Assembly (NCBI RefSeq): GCF_041146345.1
Contig: NW_027191414.1
Span: 620,001 to 684,000 of the forward strand
From: Neodothiora populina
Lineage: Eukaryota
DNA length: 64,000 nucleotides
Reading direction: 5' to 3'
Each line of letters starts with the position of its first letter. The first letter of the stretch is position 1. Positions 35,821 through 47,532 of the stretch are shown here, piece by piece. The translations under genes and the position numbers were made by a program. The notes beneath the pieces are model-generated. The model made no database searches. It saw only the letters and a program-made list of their open reading frames with translations, and was not told where the DNA came from.

Positions 35821-36216
35821 CCGGTTCTCCTCCACAGGTCCAACTCTGTACCTTACAACGACAACACCTTATCTGAATTCCTTTCCATAACATCCCATCG
35901 CAACGCACTCGCAGAAGCAGCAGCTGTCTCTATCGCTCTGTGCCTTGCCTCTTTCCCTCTCTCGCTCACGCGCTATTGTTCCCCTTCACTCGCTTTATCG
36001 AACAAGCAACTCCACTGTGATATCGTCTCTTGCTGCGGCGATCGTTGTTGTTGATCCACACATACACACACAGCCGTTTGTTGTACATATCATATCTTGC
36101 TCTCTCCATTCGCCACGGAAAGTGCGCTTTCCCAAACACTCGACAGATCCTCCCCAGTCCCAGTCACATTCACAGTCGCAATCGCAGTCGCTGTCGCTGC
36201 CAGAACCGCCACCAAC

Positions 36217-39200
36217 ATGGCAACCGAGGCTGTATGTTCTCCTGTTTGTTTTGTTTTTGTGACCAGATCTTGGTACACCTTCCCCGGAAGACCCACCCAT
36301 TAACATCCATCTCCTCAGGTGCAGCCGCTCAACATTGTCAAGACCTCGACGCCTGGCAAGCCTATGCGCGCCTTGTCTGAGATTGGCTCGACGGAGCAAC
36401 GAAGAAATTCGCCCAGTTACAACCAGACCACCAGAGTATGTCCTTCGCACCTGCCTCAATCAGTAGTAAAATGCATCTGACAAAAGCAGACAATGATCAA
36501 CCGAGACTCATCACCCTTTGACTCGTCGCCCTTCCACCTCAAGTCTCCCAGACTGTTTTGGGAAGACCGCGCGACCGTCTCTCCTGCTGCCGCCGACGTG
36601 GAAAACGACCCCGAGCGCAGCTTCTCTCCAGAGGTCTCCAAGCGCCGCTCGTCGATAGAAAACCTCAAAAGGGCTTCTCGCGTCAAGAACAGCAGCATGT
36701 ATGCCCGTGAGACAAAAGACAACTATGATCCCTCCAGCTCGCCCATGATCGAGCGCCCCTTGAACAACAGACCCTGGGGCGGTCATCTGCAGAACAACGT
36801 CTTCACGCGCAACGACAGTCTGCGCAAAGAGAACAGTCCAATCAAAGCCACAGTGAAGCCTCCTAACAGGAGGTCTGAAAGCACGAATGACCTTCCCACC
36901 ATGACTCCTTCCAACGATTCCGCATCCTCGTGTGCTGCTGATGCTTCGACGTCACCGCGCAAGGACGCACCGCTGTCTCCCATGAGGTCGTCACTTGCTG
37001 CCAACAGCCGCTTCTCCTTCCCCACCGAAGAGCGCGCTGCCTGGTCAGACGACGACGAAGACTTCCGAGCATCCACCCCTCGTGCTCAACCACGACATGC
37101 CAAGAGTGTCACTTTCCAAAACTCTCCTCCCGAGGTGAACGAATACGAAGAACAGACCCCAGAACCTTCTTCCGTCGCCTCGGGCTCCAGAGAGGGCAGC
37201 TACGATTCTTACGATGATGACGACGACGATGACGATGAAGAAGACGACGAAGAAGAAGAAGAAGAAGAAGAAGACGGAAGCTTCAGCCATGACGACGCTG
37301 GCCATAACGAAGACAGCTTTGATGCCTCTCTCGAAGACACAGACAAGACTCCGGTCGTCTTACCCGACGACTGGAGACACGCCAGTCCCGACACCGCTCG
37401 CAAGGACCTCGTTGATGACTATGACGATGTCTTCGAGGAGCGCGGTCGAGGGAGTCCGGCGCCGACTGCTACTCCTCTCAAAGGTCAGCGACCGCCACCC
37501 TTCCGCACAGACTCGGGCGCCTCACATGCCTCTGACGGCAGCGACTTCAGACCGCTGCCTCCGATCCCTGGCTTCGCCTCTCCCAGACGTGGTCGCAACG
37601 AGTCTCCCAGAGGCCTTGCCATGGCAGCCGAGCGTGCGAGCAGCTTGCAGCGCGGTCTACCCACCCCTCCGCGCGCCGCTTCTGTGTCAAAGGACGAGAT
37701 CCTGCGCATGCGCGAGGCGACCATGAACCTAGAAGACAGAATGGGTCTCATGGCACTCCAAGAGTCGCTCTCCGATGTCTACAAGACCCGCAATGGCTCC
37801 AACTCAAATCTTGCACCGCCGGCAGAGATCTCTGAGAAGGCGCCCGCGGATCGAGAACTCACAGAGCAGCACGAGACACATGAGGACAGCGACCACGACC
37901 TCGATCATGATTCTGAATCCGAATACTTGGACGACCTGCATGACTTTGACGTCGCACCGAGCATCTCGCGCGAATCCATCTTGCGCAACGTCAAGTCGAA
38001 CCGCTTCCATGATTATGATGAATATGCCGATGACCATTCTGCTCTTTCGAGTCCTGGACGAGACTACGCCGAACTCGCCAACCTCGATCCCGACGTTGCA
38101 ATCCCCTCCAGGGAGAACTCCACCAACTTTGGTCAAGATGTCGTCATCAAGGAGGAAGAGGACAGCTTCATGGAGCTCGATGCAATCCCAGCTCTGATGG
38201 CGGACGATGACTTTGAGGAGTCTCCTGCCAGGATGGATGACCATGAGCGACAATCGTCCGTCATTCATCATCAAGTCGAAGATGTCGAGGAGAGCGACAG
38301 CCACTACGACGATGAAGAAAGTCGCTACTCTTCGCCAATGTCAGAGGCACCTGGAGGAGATGCCTCCGAAGGTCCGGGTACACCTCGAGCATCTGCTCAG
38401 CCCATGCTTGAAGATGATGCATTCTTGACCCCGTTGGAAGGTGCAAACAAGGATGAGCATTCCGAGGAGAAGAGCCTCCCCTTGCTTGGCTTGAGCAGTT
38501 CCGATGAGTACGACTTTGGGCTCAAGGAGTACATCACTCCATCCCCACCCTCGACATCTCATGGAGAGACTGCGGAGCCGCGAATCATGACTACCGAAGC
38601 TCACGAAGAGACAAACAGTGTCGTCAACCCACCAGAACTCTTCAAGCCAATGACGAACAGCAGTCTGGAGGAACGTCCTCACACGCCCATCGAGGAGGGT
38701 GAGGATCTTGACTTCTCTGATGCTGAATCTTTCGACTCTGCAATCCGCGATTCCATCACAGAAGACATGTTGCCTATCCCAGAGCAAGACATTCCCGAAC
38801 GCAGAGCCACCATCAAGACCCAAGGTAAACTCAGAGCCCGCCCGTCGGGCACACCTGCCGACCTTCAAGCTATGATTCAACAAAGGCGTCAGGTCAGTGT
38901 TGAGGTTCCGCCAATCCCCGATCAATACCGCGTTGCTTCTCTCAGCGGGTCTGAGGCGAGCGAGACCGATTACATGGACACTGAGCTTGACAACGATGAG
39001 TCACAAACCAGCGAGGCGCCTCAAGCGGAGACAGCCAGCGATGATGTCGTGAGCGAACAAGCAGATTCGTTCATGGACAAGGAAAAGCGTCGCCAGAGTC
39101 ACAAGCAGCTGAAGCTCGACCTGGACCTTCCCACCGAGTCCAGCTCGGGCCTTGGTCTGATGGAGGAATTTGACCGTGTCATTGAATCCCAAAAGGTTAC

Positions 39201-41275
39201 TACCCCCTTACTCGTCCACAGAAACCTTGCCTCTGCGACGCAGACTGCTCGTCAGGGCAACGGCCGGTATCATGGCGACTCGTTCGCGTCAATCACACAA
39301 TTCAGCCCACATTCGAGAACTGGTACTAATGGTCTTGTCAAAACACAGAAAGGATATCTCACGCGTCACAACACCAAAGTCGTCATCGCAAGCAACCGCA
39401 ACTTCAGCAACGAAAGCCAGATGAGCCAGCGTCCCATGTCACCGCCCCAGTCACCTGGTATGGAGTCGAAGCCCTCTACTCGTGGTACGAGGAGTGCTGG
39501 AAACAGTCCGAGAAAGTCGAGCGGCGGTGAGAAATGGTTGACTGCCGAACCTTGGAACGGTAAGACAAGACGTAAGAGTACCAGACGATCGTCCGGACGA
39601 AGATCAAACATTGGCATTGCTTCTCCTGTCGTTGCACAAGAGAAGGCATTGCGCACGGTCGACGAGCTGACGACTACGGACGAGGCGGACGAGAATACAG
39701 AAAGGGGTCGCCTCTTTGTCAAGGTGGTCGGTGTCAAGGACTTGGACCTTCCTCTGCCCCGCAGTAAGTTGTCTTCTGTTCATACTCATGATACTCGACT
39801 AATGATCACTCCAGATGATCGTCTCTACTTCCAACTCACACTGGACAATGGCCTTCACTGCGTCACAACCGCAAACCTAGAGTTGAACAAGAGCGCCCCT
39901 GTTGGCCAAGAGTTCGAACTCGTTGTACTGACTGACCTCGAATTTCAACTCACCTTGACAACGAAGCTTCCTCCAGCGCCTCGCAGACAGGAAGTAGCAA
40001 GTGCTCCTGCGGCTGCCCCCACCTCTCCGACCAAGTCTGCAAAGTCTGGCTCTGTCTTTTCTCGCCTGCTCGCCTCTCCAAAGAAGCGCGCAGAGCGTGA
40101 GAGAAAGGAAAAGGAAGAGCTTGAACTCGCGGAGCGACGCAGACGGGAGGAGATCGAGCGTAAGCGCGCTTCCGTTCCCAAGCCAACCCCATGGGACTTC
40201 ATGCGTGAAGTAGTTGACGCGAAGACCGGATCATTTGCCCGCTCCTACGTGTCACTCAAGTCTCACGAAGGCCAATGCTTCGGTAGACCATTGACTGTGG
40301 ATGTCCCCTGCTTTAATGAGTGGGCTCTCGAGAAGGATGCAAACGTTGTCAGCAGCGTGAGAAGCAAGCGCAACAACGGCGGTCTAGCCTACGGCAGAGC
40401 CGATGGTGCCATCAGACGCCCACCTTATGTCGTTGGTAAGCTCGAGCTACAGCTCCTCTACATTCCCAGACCGAAGTCTGCAAGCGACGAGGACATGCCG
40501 AAGAGCATGAGCAGTGCGATTCGCGAGATGAAGGCCGCAGAGCAGGTCAAGGAAGCCTTCTGGGAAGGATGTCTGAGTCAACAGGGTGGTGACTGCCCGG
40601 TAAGTTTTGGAATCATGAATTGTTTTCTCACATTTTTACTAATGAGTATCGCGTTAGTACTGGAGACGTCGCTACTTCAAGCTGCAAGGCACGAAGCTCA
40701 CGGCTTACCACGAGGCCACCATGCAACCCCGTGCCACTATCAACCTTTCCAAAGCGAACAGGCTGATAGATGACAAATGCGCATTGGTCGCAGACCCCAA
40801 CGGCGGCAAGCCCACGTCCAAGAATCGACGGAAATCGGCCTTTGCAGAAGATGACGAGGGCTACCAATTCGTCGAAGATGGTTTCCGCATCCGCTTCGCC
40901 AATGGCGAGACTATCGACTTTTACGCGGACAATGTCGCGCAAAAGGAGGGCTGGATGAAGGCATTGGCACAAAGCGTTGGCAAGGCGCCTGTCAGCAAGC
41001 AAGCCAAATGGACGGATGTTGTGCTCGCCAAGGAACGACTCGATGGCAAGTCGAACGGCGATGCTACGACGGACCATCGCAAGCCCAGTGGCGAGTCGCA
41101 GAACTCTGCTTCTACCGCCAGGAGCGCACCCAACAGTCCTATGCTGATGAGATCGAACTCGTCGAGACCGGGCACTGCTCCTTCGGTCCCTGCCGCAGAG
41201 GGCGATACTACCCCTCCCATGAGGCCCCGAATGGGGCATCGAGATAGGAGCCAGGTCAAGAGTATGATCTTTTGA
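36217..41275 (+). CDS. BUD4: Anillin-like septation protein Bud4 (anillin-homology and PH domains); introns 36232-36318, 36436-36489, 39196-39348, 39764-39814, 40600-40657
   Basis: KRRSSIENLKRASRVKNS, KSVTF, PERRATIKT, ERGRLFVKVVGVKDLDLPLP, TLDNGLHCVTT, LSQQGGDCP|YWRRRYFKLQG and FRIRFANGETIDFYAD. Confidence 0.9.
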
Positions 41276-41307
41276 GTGGGAGTGTTATGATATTGAAGCA
41301 GATGATA

Positions 41308-41400
41308 ATGTTGATGTTGATGTTGATGTTGATGTCCATGCTGATGCTGCTGATGTTGAACGAGAAAGGAAGGTGATGGGTGATGGGTGATGGGTGATGA
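41308..41400. repeat. (ATGTTG)n and (GGTGATG)n tandem repeats
   Basis: Seen directly in the BUD4 3' flank. Confidence 0.8.
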
Positions 41401-42042
41401 CCGGGAGGAGAGCACGATGAAAACGGGAAGAAGAGCCGTGTACTGAGCTGGCTCATGTTTTGATGAGATGATCAATTTTCGTATTCCTGGATTTTTTTTG
41501 TCTCTATTAATGGCGGCGGTGGACAGGGGGTTTTTGTCCTGTTGTTTTTCCTTTGAGGCGTTCTTCTTTTCTTCTCTCTGATTTCTTTGTTTCAAAGCAG
41601 TACATACCTATCCATCCATTCCAGCTGAATGTTTTTCTATCAATATTTCTCTACTTTTTTTTTGTTTGTTGTCTATGATTGTGTATGTCTATCCGTCTGC
41701 CAGCGTCAGTGTAATGTTCGAAGAAACAAGGAAGAGAGCAGACGAATAGGAATACCGTAGCAGTAGTGATGGCAGTACTGTATTTCTGTAAGGCTCGATG
41801 ATGGAAGTAGGAGTCGTCGGAAAAGGAACTTGTGTGTTCTATATAGTACATATCATTCTTTTCTCTCACCACACGGTCCTGCTGATCTAGATACCTTGAT
41901 TTTCGGGTTTTGGTTCTTGGGGTGTTCTAGTCAAGTTCAAGCTGGCTATCACACGTACCGTACACGAAACAGAATGGAGAAGGTGGGGATGGGGGGGGAT
42001 GGGTATGAAGAATACATGCGACGCATAAGGAAACGGTTAGAC

Positions 42043-42078
<36 letters not shown>
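42043..42078. repeat. (GACA)9 microsatellite
   Basis: Perfect tetranucleotide run. Confidence 0.9.
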
Positions 42079-42521
42079 GCACCTCTTGCAAGAACACGAG
42101 ACATTCCTTCTCACGATGGCGTCTATGATCTCTTTTGCTTTTGTGTTTTCCTGTGTGGTTCAGTCGTTTCGAGTCGGGTATTACTGTATCAGCGCGTGCA
42201 CACGGAGAAGGATAGAGATGGTTTACGGGTGGAATGGAGAGACGCGGGGCTCTGACAATCATTGTATTTCTTTTTCTTCTTTTCCCGTTTTGAGCCGCCT
42301 TGGGCATGGGTCTAGCATGGAAATCATCCATCTATTTTCCAGCTTTCTTCCTTCCTTCTTGTCTTCTTTACTTTTCCATTTCTGTCCGTCGAGATTTTCG
42401 AATGATCACGAGGCGGATGGGAAGAGACGAAAATGGAAGACAAGTGATGCATGCACATTTCTCCCAGGTCGTCGGAAACGAGCAGACTTTTTGTTTGGAT
42501 ATGCTTCGTCGATAAAACCAT

Positions 42522-44230
42522 CTAGTCCTCGTCCCAGTTGGGGTTAGGACCAGGCGGCTTGGGCCCACCGGCTTGACGAGCGACGATGATCTGGTCGACT
42601 GCGAGAACGGTCCTGGCGGCCTCGGTGGCGAGCTTGATGGCCCAGGACTTGCTGACCATGAGATCGAGGATGCCGTGCTCTTGGGCGTCGAGGACGCCGG
42701 TTCCGTCGTCGTTTTCAATGTCGACTCCTGACGTGCTGACCGAGGAGGAGGCGGCGGCGGCGGCGGCGGCGTCTGCTGTGGGAGTGTTGTCTGCTGTTGT
42801 TGTTGTTGTTGTTGTTGTTGATGATGTTGATGATTTGCTGCCAGAGAGGTTGTGGGCGGTGTAAAGACGTGCGAGGACTTCGGTGGCGTCTAGACCGGCG
42901 CTCTCGGCCAACAGGCGAGGCACGACCTCGAATGCCTCTGCGTATTTGCGGATGGCGTACTGGGCGAGACCGGAAGTCTTGTCTGCAAAAGCGGAAATCC
43001 GCTCTACCAGGCCCATCTCGGCGGCTCCGGCGCCGGCGACGAGGCGTGCGTCGCGAGTGATTGCCTTGACGACGTTGACGCCGTCGTCGACTGCGCGCTC
43101 GACGTCCTCGAGGTGGTTTTGCGTGGCGCCACGCAGGACGAGAGTGGCGGTGCGGGTCTGGTCGTTCTCCTGGCGGAAGACGGTGACGCGGTCGCCACCA
43201 ATCTCCAGAGTCTCGACGACGTCGATGGAGCCCATCTCGTCGGGCATGGGGGCGCCGAGGCGTGCAAGAGGGGTGGCACCCACAACACGGCAGAGACGGC
43301 GGAGTTCGAATTTGGATAGAACCTTGATGACGAGAATGCCGTAACGGTTCAGGTAGTGCATTGGGAGCTCGCCAACAGTCGAACCAGCAACGACGACACG
43401 AAGACCGGCGTCGTGGAGTTCCTTGATGATGGCCTCGATCTGGGCCTCCTCGCCCTTGGTGAAGTCGAGCATCTCCTGGGCGTTCTTGAGAAGAACGGTA
43501 CCCTTTGTCTCCGTCTGGGAAGTGTCAATGGGACAGCTGAACACACCGACCTTGGCCTTGGAGGCCTTCTTGATGCTGCCGTCGGGTTCGCGGCCGAAGA
43601 CCATGCCCTTGACCACCTTGCTCTGCTCCAGCGAGCCGCCCATGATCTTGACGACGCGCACGTTGTCGACGTTGAAGTTGAAGGGGTTCTTGGGCATGAC
43701 AGCCAAAACAGCCTCAGCGACCAGTTCCGCGAGGACGTCCTCGTTGCCGCACTGCTTGGCGGCAATGACGGTGCGAAGAGCCTTGGACAGGGCGGGGAGG
43801 GAGCGAATGTCGTCGACCTTGTCGACCTCGAGTTCTTCTAGTGCCCTCAATGCCTCGTGCTGTGCCTTCTCGTAGCCCTTGACAATGTCGCTCGTGTTCA
43901 GTCCCATTCTGATCAGCTCCTCGGCCTTCTTCAACAACTCTCCCGCCAACACAATGACCAGATTCGTCGCGTCGCCCATCTCGGCCTCTTGTTGCTGTGA
44001 TGCCATGACGAGCAGCTTGGCGGCAGGATGCACGACCTCGAGCTCGCGCAGGATGGTGGCAGCGTCGTTGGTCAGGATCATCTTCTGCAGGTGGTTGATG
44101 ACAATCTTGTTGCGGCCAAAGGGGCCTAATGAGGTGGCGACTGTTTGCGAAATGGTTCGGCAGGCATCGATGTTGCGGATCACGGCGCCGTCCTCTGCAT
44201 CGTAGCTGTTATACACGTAGTAGTCAGTGA

Positions 44231-44261
<31 letters not shown>

Positions 44262-44386
44262 AGACTGAGGGTGGGCTGTTGGCCGTCACCACCACGACAA
44301 CGACGATGACGGGGCGCAAGGACTCACTTTTGGTAGCCGGCCTTGAATAGGCCGCTGTTGGGCGCATTCGGTATTGACAGAGACAT
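42522..44386 (-). CDS. CCT8: T-complex protein 1 subunit theta; intron 44327-44206
   Basis: MSLSIPNAPNSGLFKAGYQN|YDAEDGAV, TSLGPFGRNK, GDATN, SKFELRRLCR and C-terminal NPNWDED. Confidence 0.96.
44231..44261. repeat. (GCT/CAG)n microsatellite in the CCT8 intron
   Basis: Ten GCT units. Confidence 0.9.
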
Positions 44387-44522
44387 GGTTGATTGTGGTG
44401 TGTATGTGTGATGTGGGTGTACACTGAGTGATCCCTTGTAGCTCTCTCTCTCTATGAAACTTTTGGACACTCTTGTTTGCTTGCGGGACACACACGTCGG
44501 AGGTGCCAAGATGTCCGACCTC

Positions 44523-44570
44523 CCGCCACCGCCACCACCACCGCCACCACCACCGCCACCACCACCGCCG
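44523..44570. repeat. (CCR)n mixed CCA/CCG repeat upstream of CCT8
   Basis: Seen directly. Confidence 0.85.
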
Positions 44571-45655
44571 GCCGCCGCCTCCAACCTGTCGCCTCCGCTT
44601 CTTAGGATGAGGTAGTTCACATTTCACTCAAATGTAACCTCAACATCGAGTGAATATAATACAATAAAGAATGGATTCGCAATAATTATGATGCATGTCC
44701 CTCACTTTGTTGTTAAAAACCAAACACTGGAAGATGTGAATGAATGCCACGCACTTCTAAAAACATCCTTGAAGATGGAAAGCCTATGTATTATATTAGG
44801 TGCGCCAATCGGGCTTCTATGCACCACAGCTGTGTCGCCTGCTTTCGTGTATTTGGTTCGCTTCCGACTTGTCGACAACTACCAGCACATGCCTGCTCTA
44901 TTCGCTCAATGCCGCACAACCCCAAACCTCTTTACATAATACTGCCCCGACACACCACCTGTCCAGGGCCAACATGGAAAAAAGAAGAAAAAAAGAAAAA
45001 AAGAAAAGAAGAAAAGAAAAGAAGAACGTGTTCTCCACCGAGGCAAATGTTTCAATGTTGTGCCTGCAAGTGTATGAGAAACAGCGAAATAAAAGACTCA
45101 AGGAAAAAAAGGGGGAATCCGGGGGGGTATGATATCAATGCGTCTCCTCACATCTCCACTTCCACCGTCCGCTGTCTGTCGATGCTCGCGACCTTCACCT
45201 CTATCCCACCCCAAGTTGCATACTAACACAGGAAACAAAAACAAACAAAAAAAAGCTGAAAATCGTCTCTGCTGTTCAAACTCTCTTCCTCCCTTGCTCG
45301 CTCTCTTCCACCCACCTTGCGTGTCGCTGGTGGAAAATAAGTCTCGTCTCTGTGTGCCCATCATCGAGCCTCGCCGTGTCCTACCCGAGGACCGAATGAC
45401 GTATGGCTCCCTTTTGTACAACGAGTTCAGTCAAGGAAATAAAATGTTGCGGAATGCTGGAAATGCAATGTCGACGACGAGCCCGCTTTTTTTCAATCAT
45501 GCTGTCGTGCATGCCACTTGCTGAGAACGCCGCTCATGCTGATGCCGCACACTGCACCCGCTCAGGCGGGCCTCGGCCCGTGGCTGAAGAAGTGAAGTTT
45601 TATGTTGTGTTGGGCGGCCCCAACCTGTCGTTTCATCGCTCGCCTGCTCGATCCA

Positions 45656-47532
45656 TTATAATGCCACGTCCAGCACCAAGCTGACGTCGCTGACCGCCGG
45701 TCCCGCCAGATCCTCGAGTACGGGTATCAGATCCAAAAGTTCGTTGTCGTGAGCGTCTGAGAACCAACTACTGATTGGAACTGCATGTTGTGGGTGAAAG
45801 ATATATGACGTCGGCGAGTTGTCGATGATGATTGTTTCCTTGAGATCACGTCCCACTTGCGAAAGATCCTGTTGGCTTTTGTCAGCGCTGCGTGTGCTAC
45901 CAGTTGACAGCGTCGCTGCTTACCTTTACGTAATTGCCTTGGTGATTGTAACAACTCTCGCGGAAAAGTCTGTGGTGCACGACGCCGTGTATGTCGAGTT
46001 GATCTAGCAAGGGGTCGCCGTACTGCAATTCTGTCAGAAACACAATCCGACTGACAATGTAGAATAGACGGCTTACCTTGGACACTGACGCCGTGAACAC
46101 AACCACCTCATACAGCTCACCGACCCTCTTCATGAACTGATCCACTCCTGGTCTTTTGATGACGTAGACGTTGTGGTATTGGCCTTCGATTTCTACCGGT
46201 ATCGTGAAGTCTGCTTGGTGTAGGACCTAGGTTTGATCAGCTTGAGTTGTGAGGAGTCTTCACATAGATGAGCCTTCTTACCTTGAAACTACTGTGAACC
46301 AGTGTCTCGTCGAGATCGAGCACAAGACACTTGCGGCCCTTCAGCCATGGCTGAACAGGAGGCAGTAACCACTTCTGAGGCTCCGGACTAGGGGGTGAAG
46401 CGGCATACGGACTGGCAGGGGCAGCCTCGTGCGCGACCTGAGCCTGACGCTCCTCTAGGGGAGGTGGAGGCGGTAGGTCAATCTGTTTGTGAGTTTCGTT
46501 GTGGGAGATTGCGGTGTGCGTTTCGTCCTCGGAAGTGCCAGAGACGTCGTTTGCCGAAAGCGGCAATGATGGGCCATTGTCGGTCATCTCGATGTCCTTA
46601 TCCCTGGCCTCCTGCTCCGGAGTCCGGTCCGAGATCAACTCGTCTTCTTCACCTTGGGGGATAATAGGTGTGGGAGCCTGCACAACCACGGCAGGATTGC
46701 CCAGATGTGACGTTCCCTCGGCTGCGCCAACAGAAGTGTCGACTCGGGGCGCTTCACCTGTCGACAGTTCGGCGGCGTTGCCTCGGCTGCTGGATGTACG
46801 TGGGGGTATCACAGCCGTGGTAGGTAGTGCTGCGGACGAGTCGTCTCCTCCAAGGGCTGCGGCAGAATACTGGCTTTCGTCCCTGCGAGGAGTCTCAATC
46901 ACCGGCAATTTCTCATTTTCGCCCTCGACCATGGCGCCGGAACCATTAGCTGGGTACGCAGGACTGGTGGTCTTTTCATCAATCAGAGACGCCGTGTTTC
47001 CATCGTTGTTGTTTCCGAGAGGTGTAGACGAGGACTGCTTGGCCGCAGCGGATGCTTGTTGCACGGGTTGCGAAGCCTGTTGAGGAGCCGATTGGCGCGG
47101 CGCTTCTGTGAGTTCCTGTCCTGGCTCGCCGTTCTCGTCGGGTGATCCACAGCACAGGAAGGACAAGAACTTTGACTTTTTCTTTGCCCGTGGTTGCGCA
47201 GTCTGCGTGTTTGTTGTCGACATTGGACGGGCCGACTTTTCGATTATCTGGGAAGCAGCGTTGTGTGAGCGCTTGCTGCTGGTCCCGCTACCTCTTCTGC
47301 GGAGGCTTCGCTTCGAAACGCGGTGACTGATGGAATGCGACGGGTCGTTGGCAGTGACACCACTCAAGCCAGTGCCTGATGATACGGTCGGCCTGGTAGA
47401 GGGCGCTTTGAGCGAACCGTGATGTGTGGAATTAGCTGTGCCAGTAGTGCTGTTTGCTAGCGTATGCGCGATGTCGGTGTCTTGTGAGTTTGGAATGGTA
47501 GTTGCAGGAAGCTCGGTAGGAGCCGATGACAT
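45656..47532 (-). CDS. PSR1: Psr1/Psr2-like FCP1/SCP (NIF) HAD phosphatase; introns 46281-46227, 46076-46023, 45923-45869; 5'UTR intron 47654-47535
   Basis: [30 protein letters not shown] and IIIDNSP motifs, plus an N-terminal [13 protein letters not shown] membrane-anchor-like motif. Confidence 0.92.
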
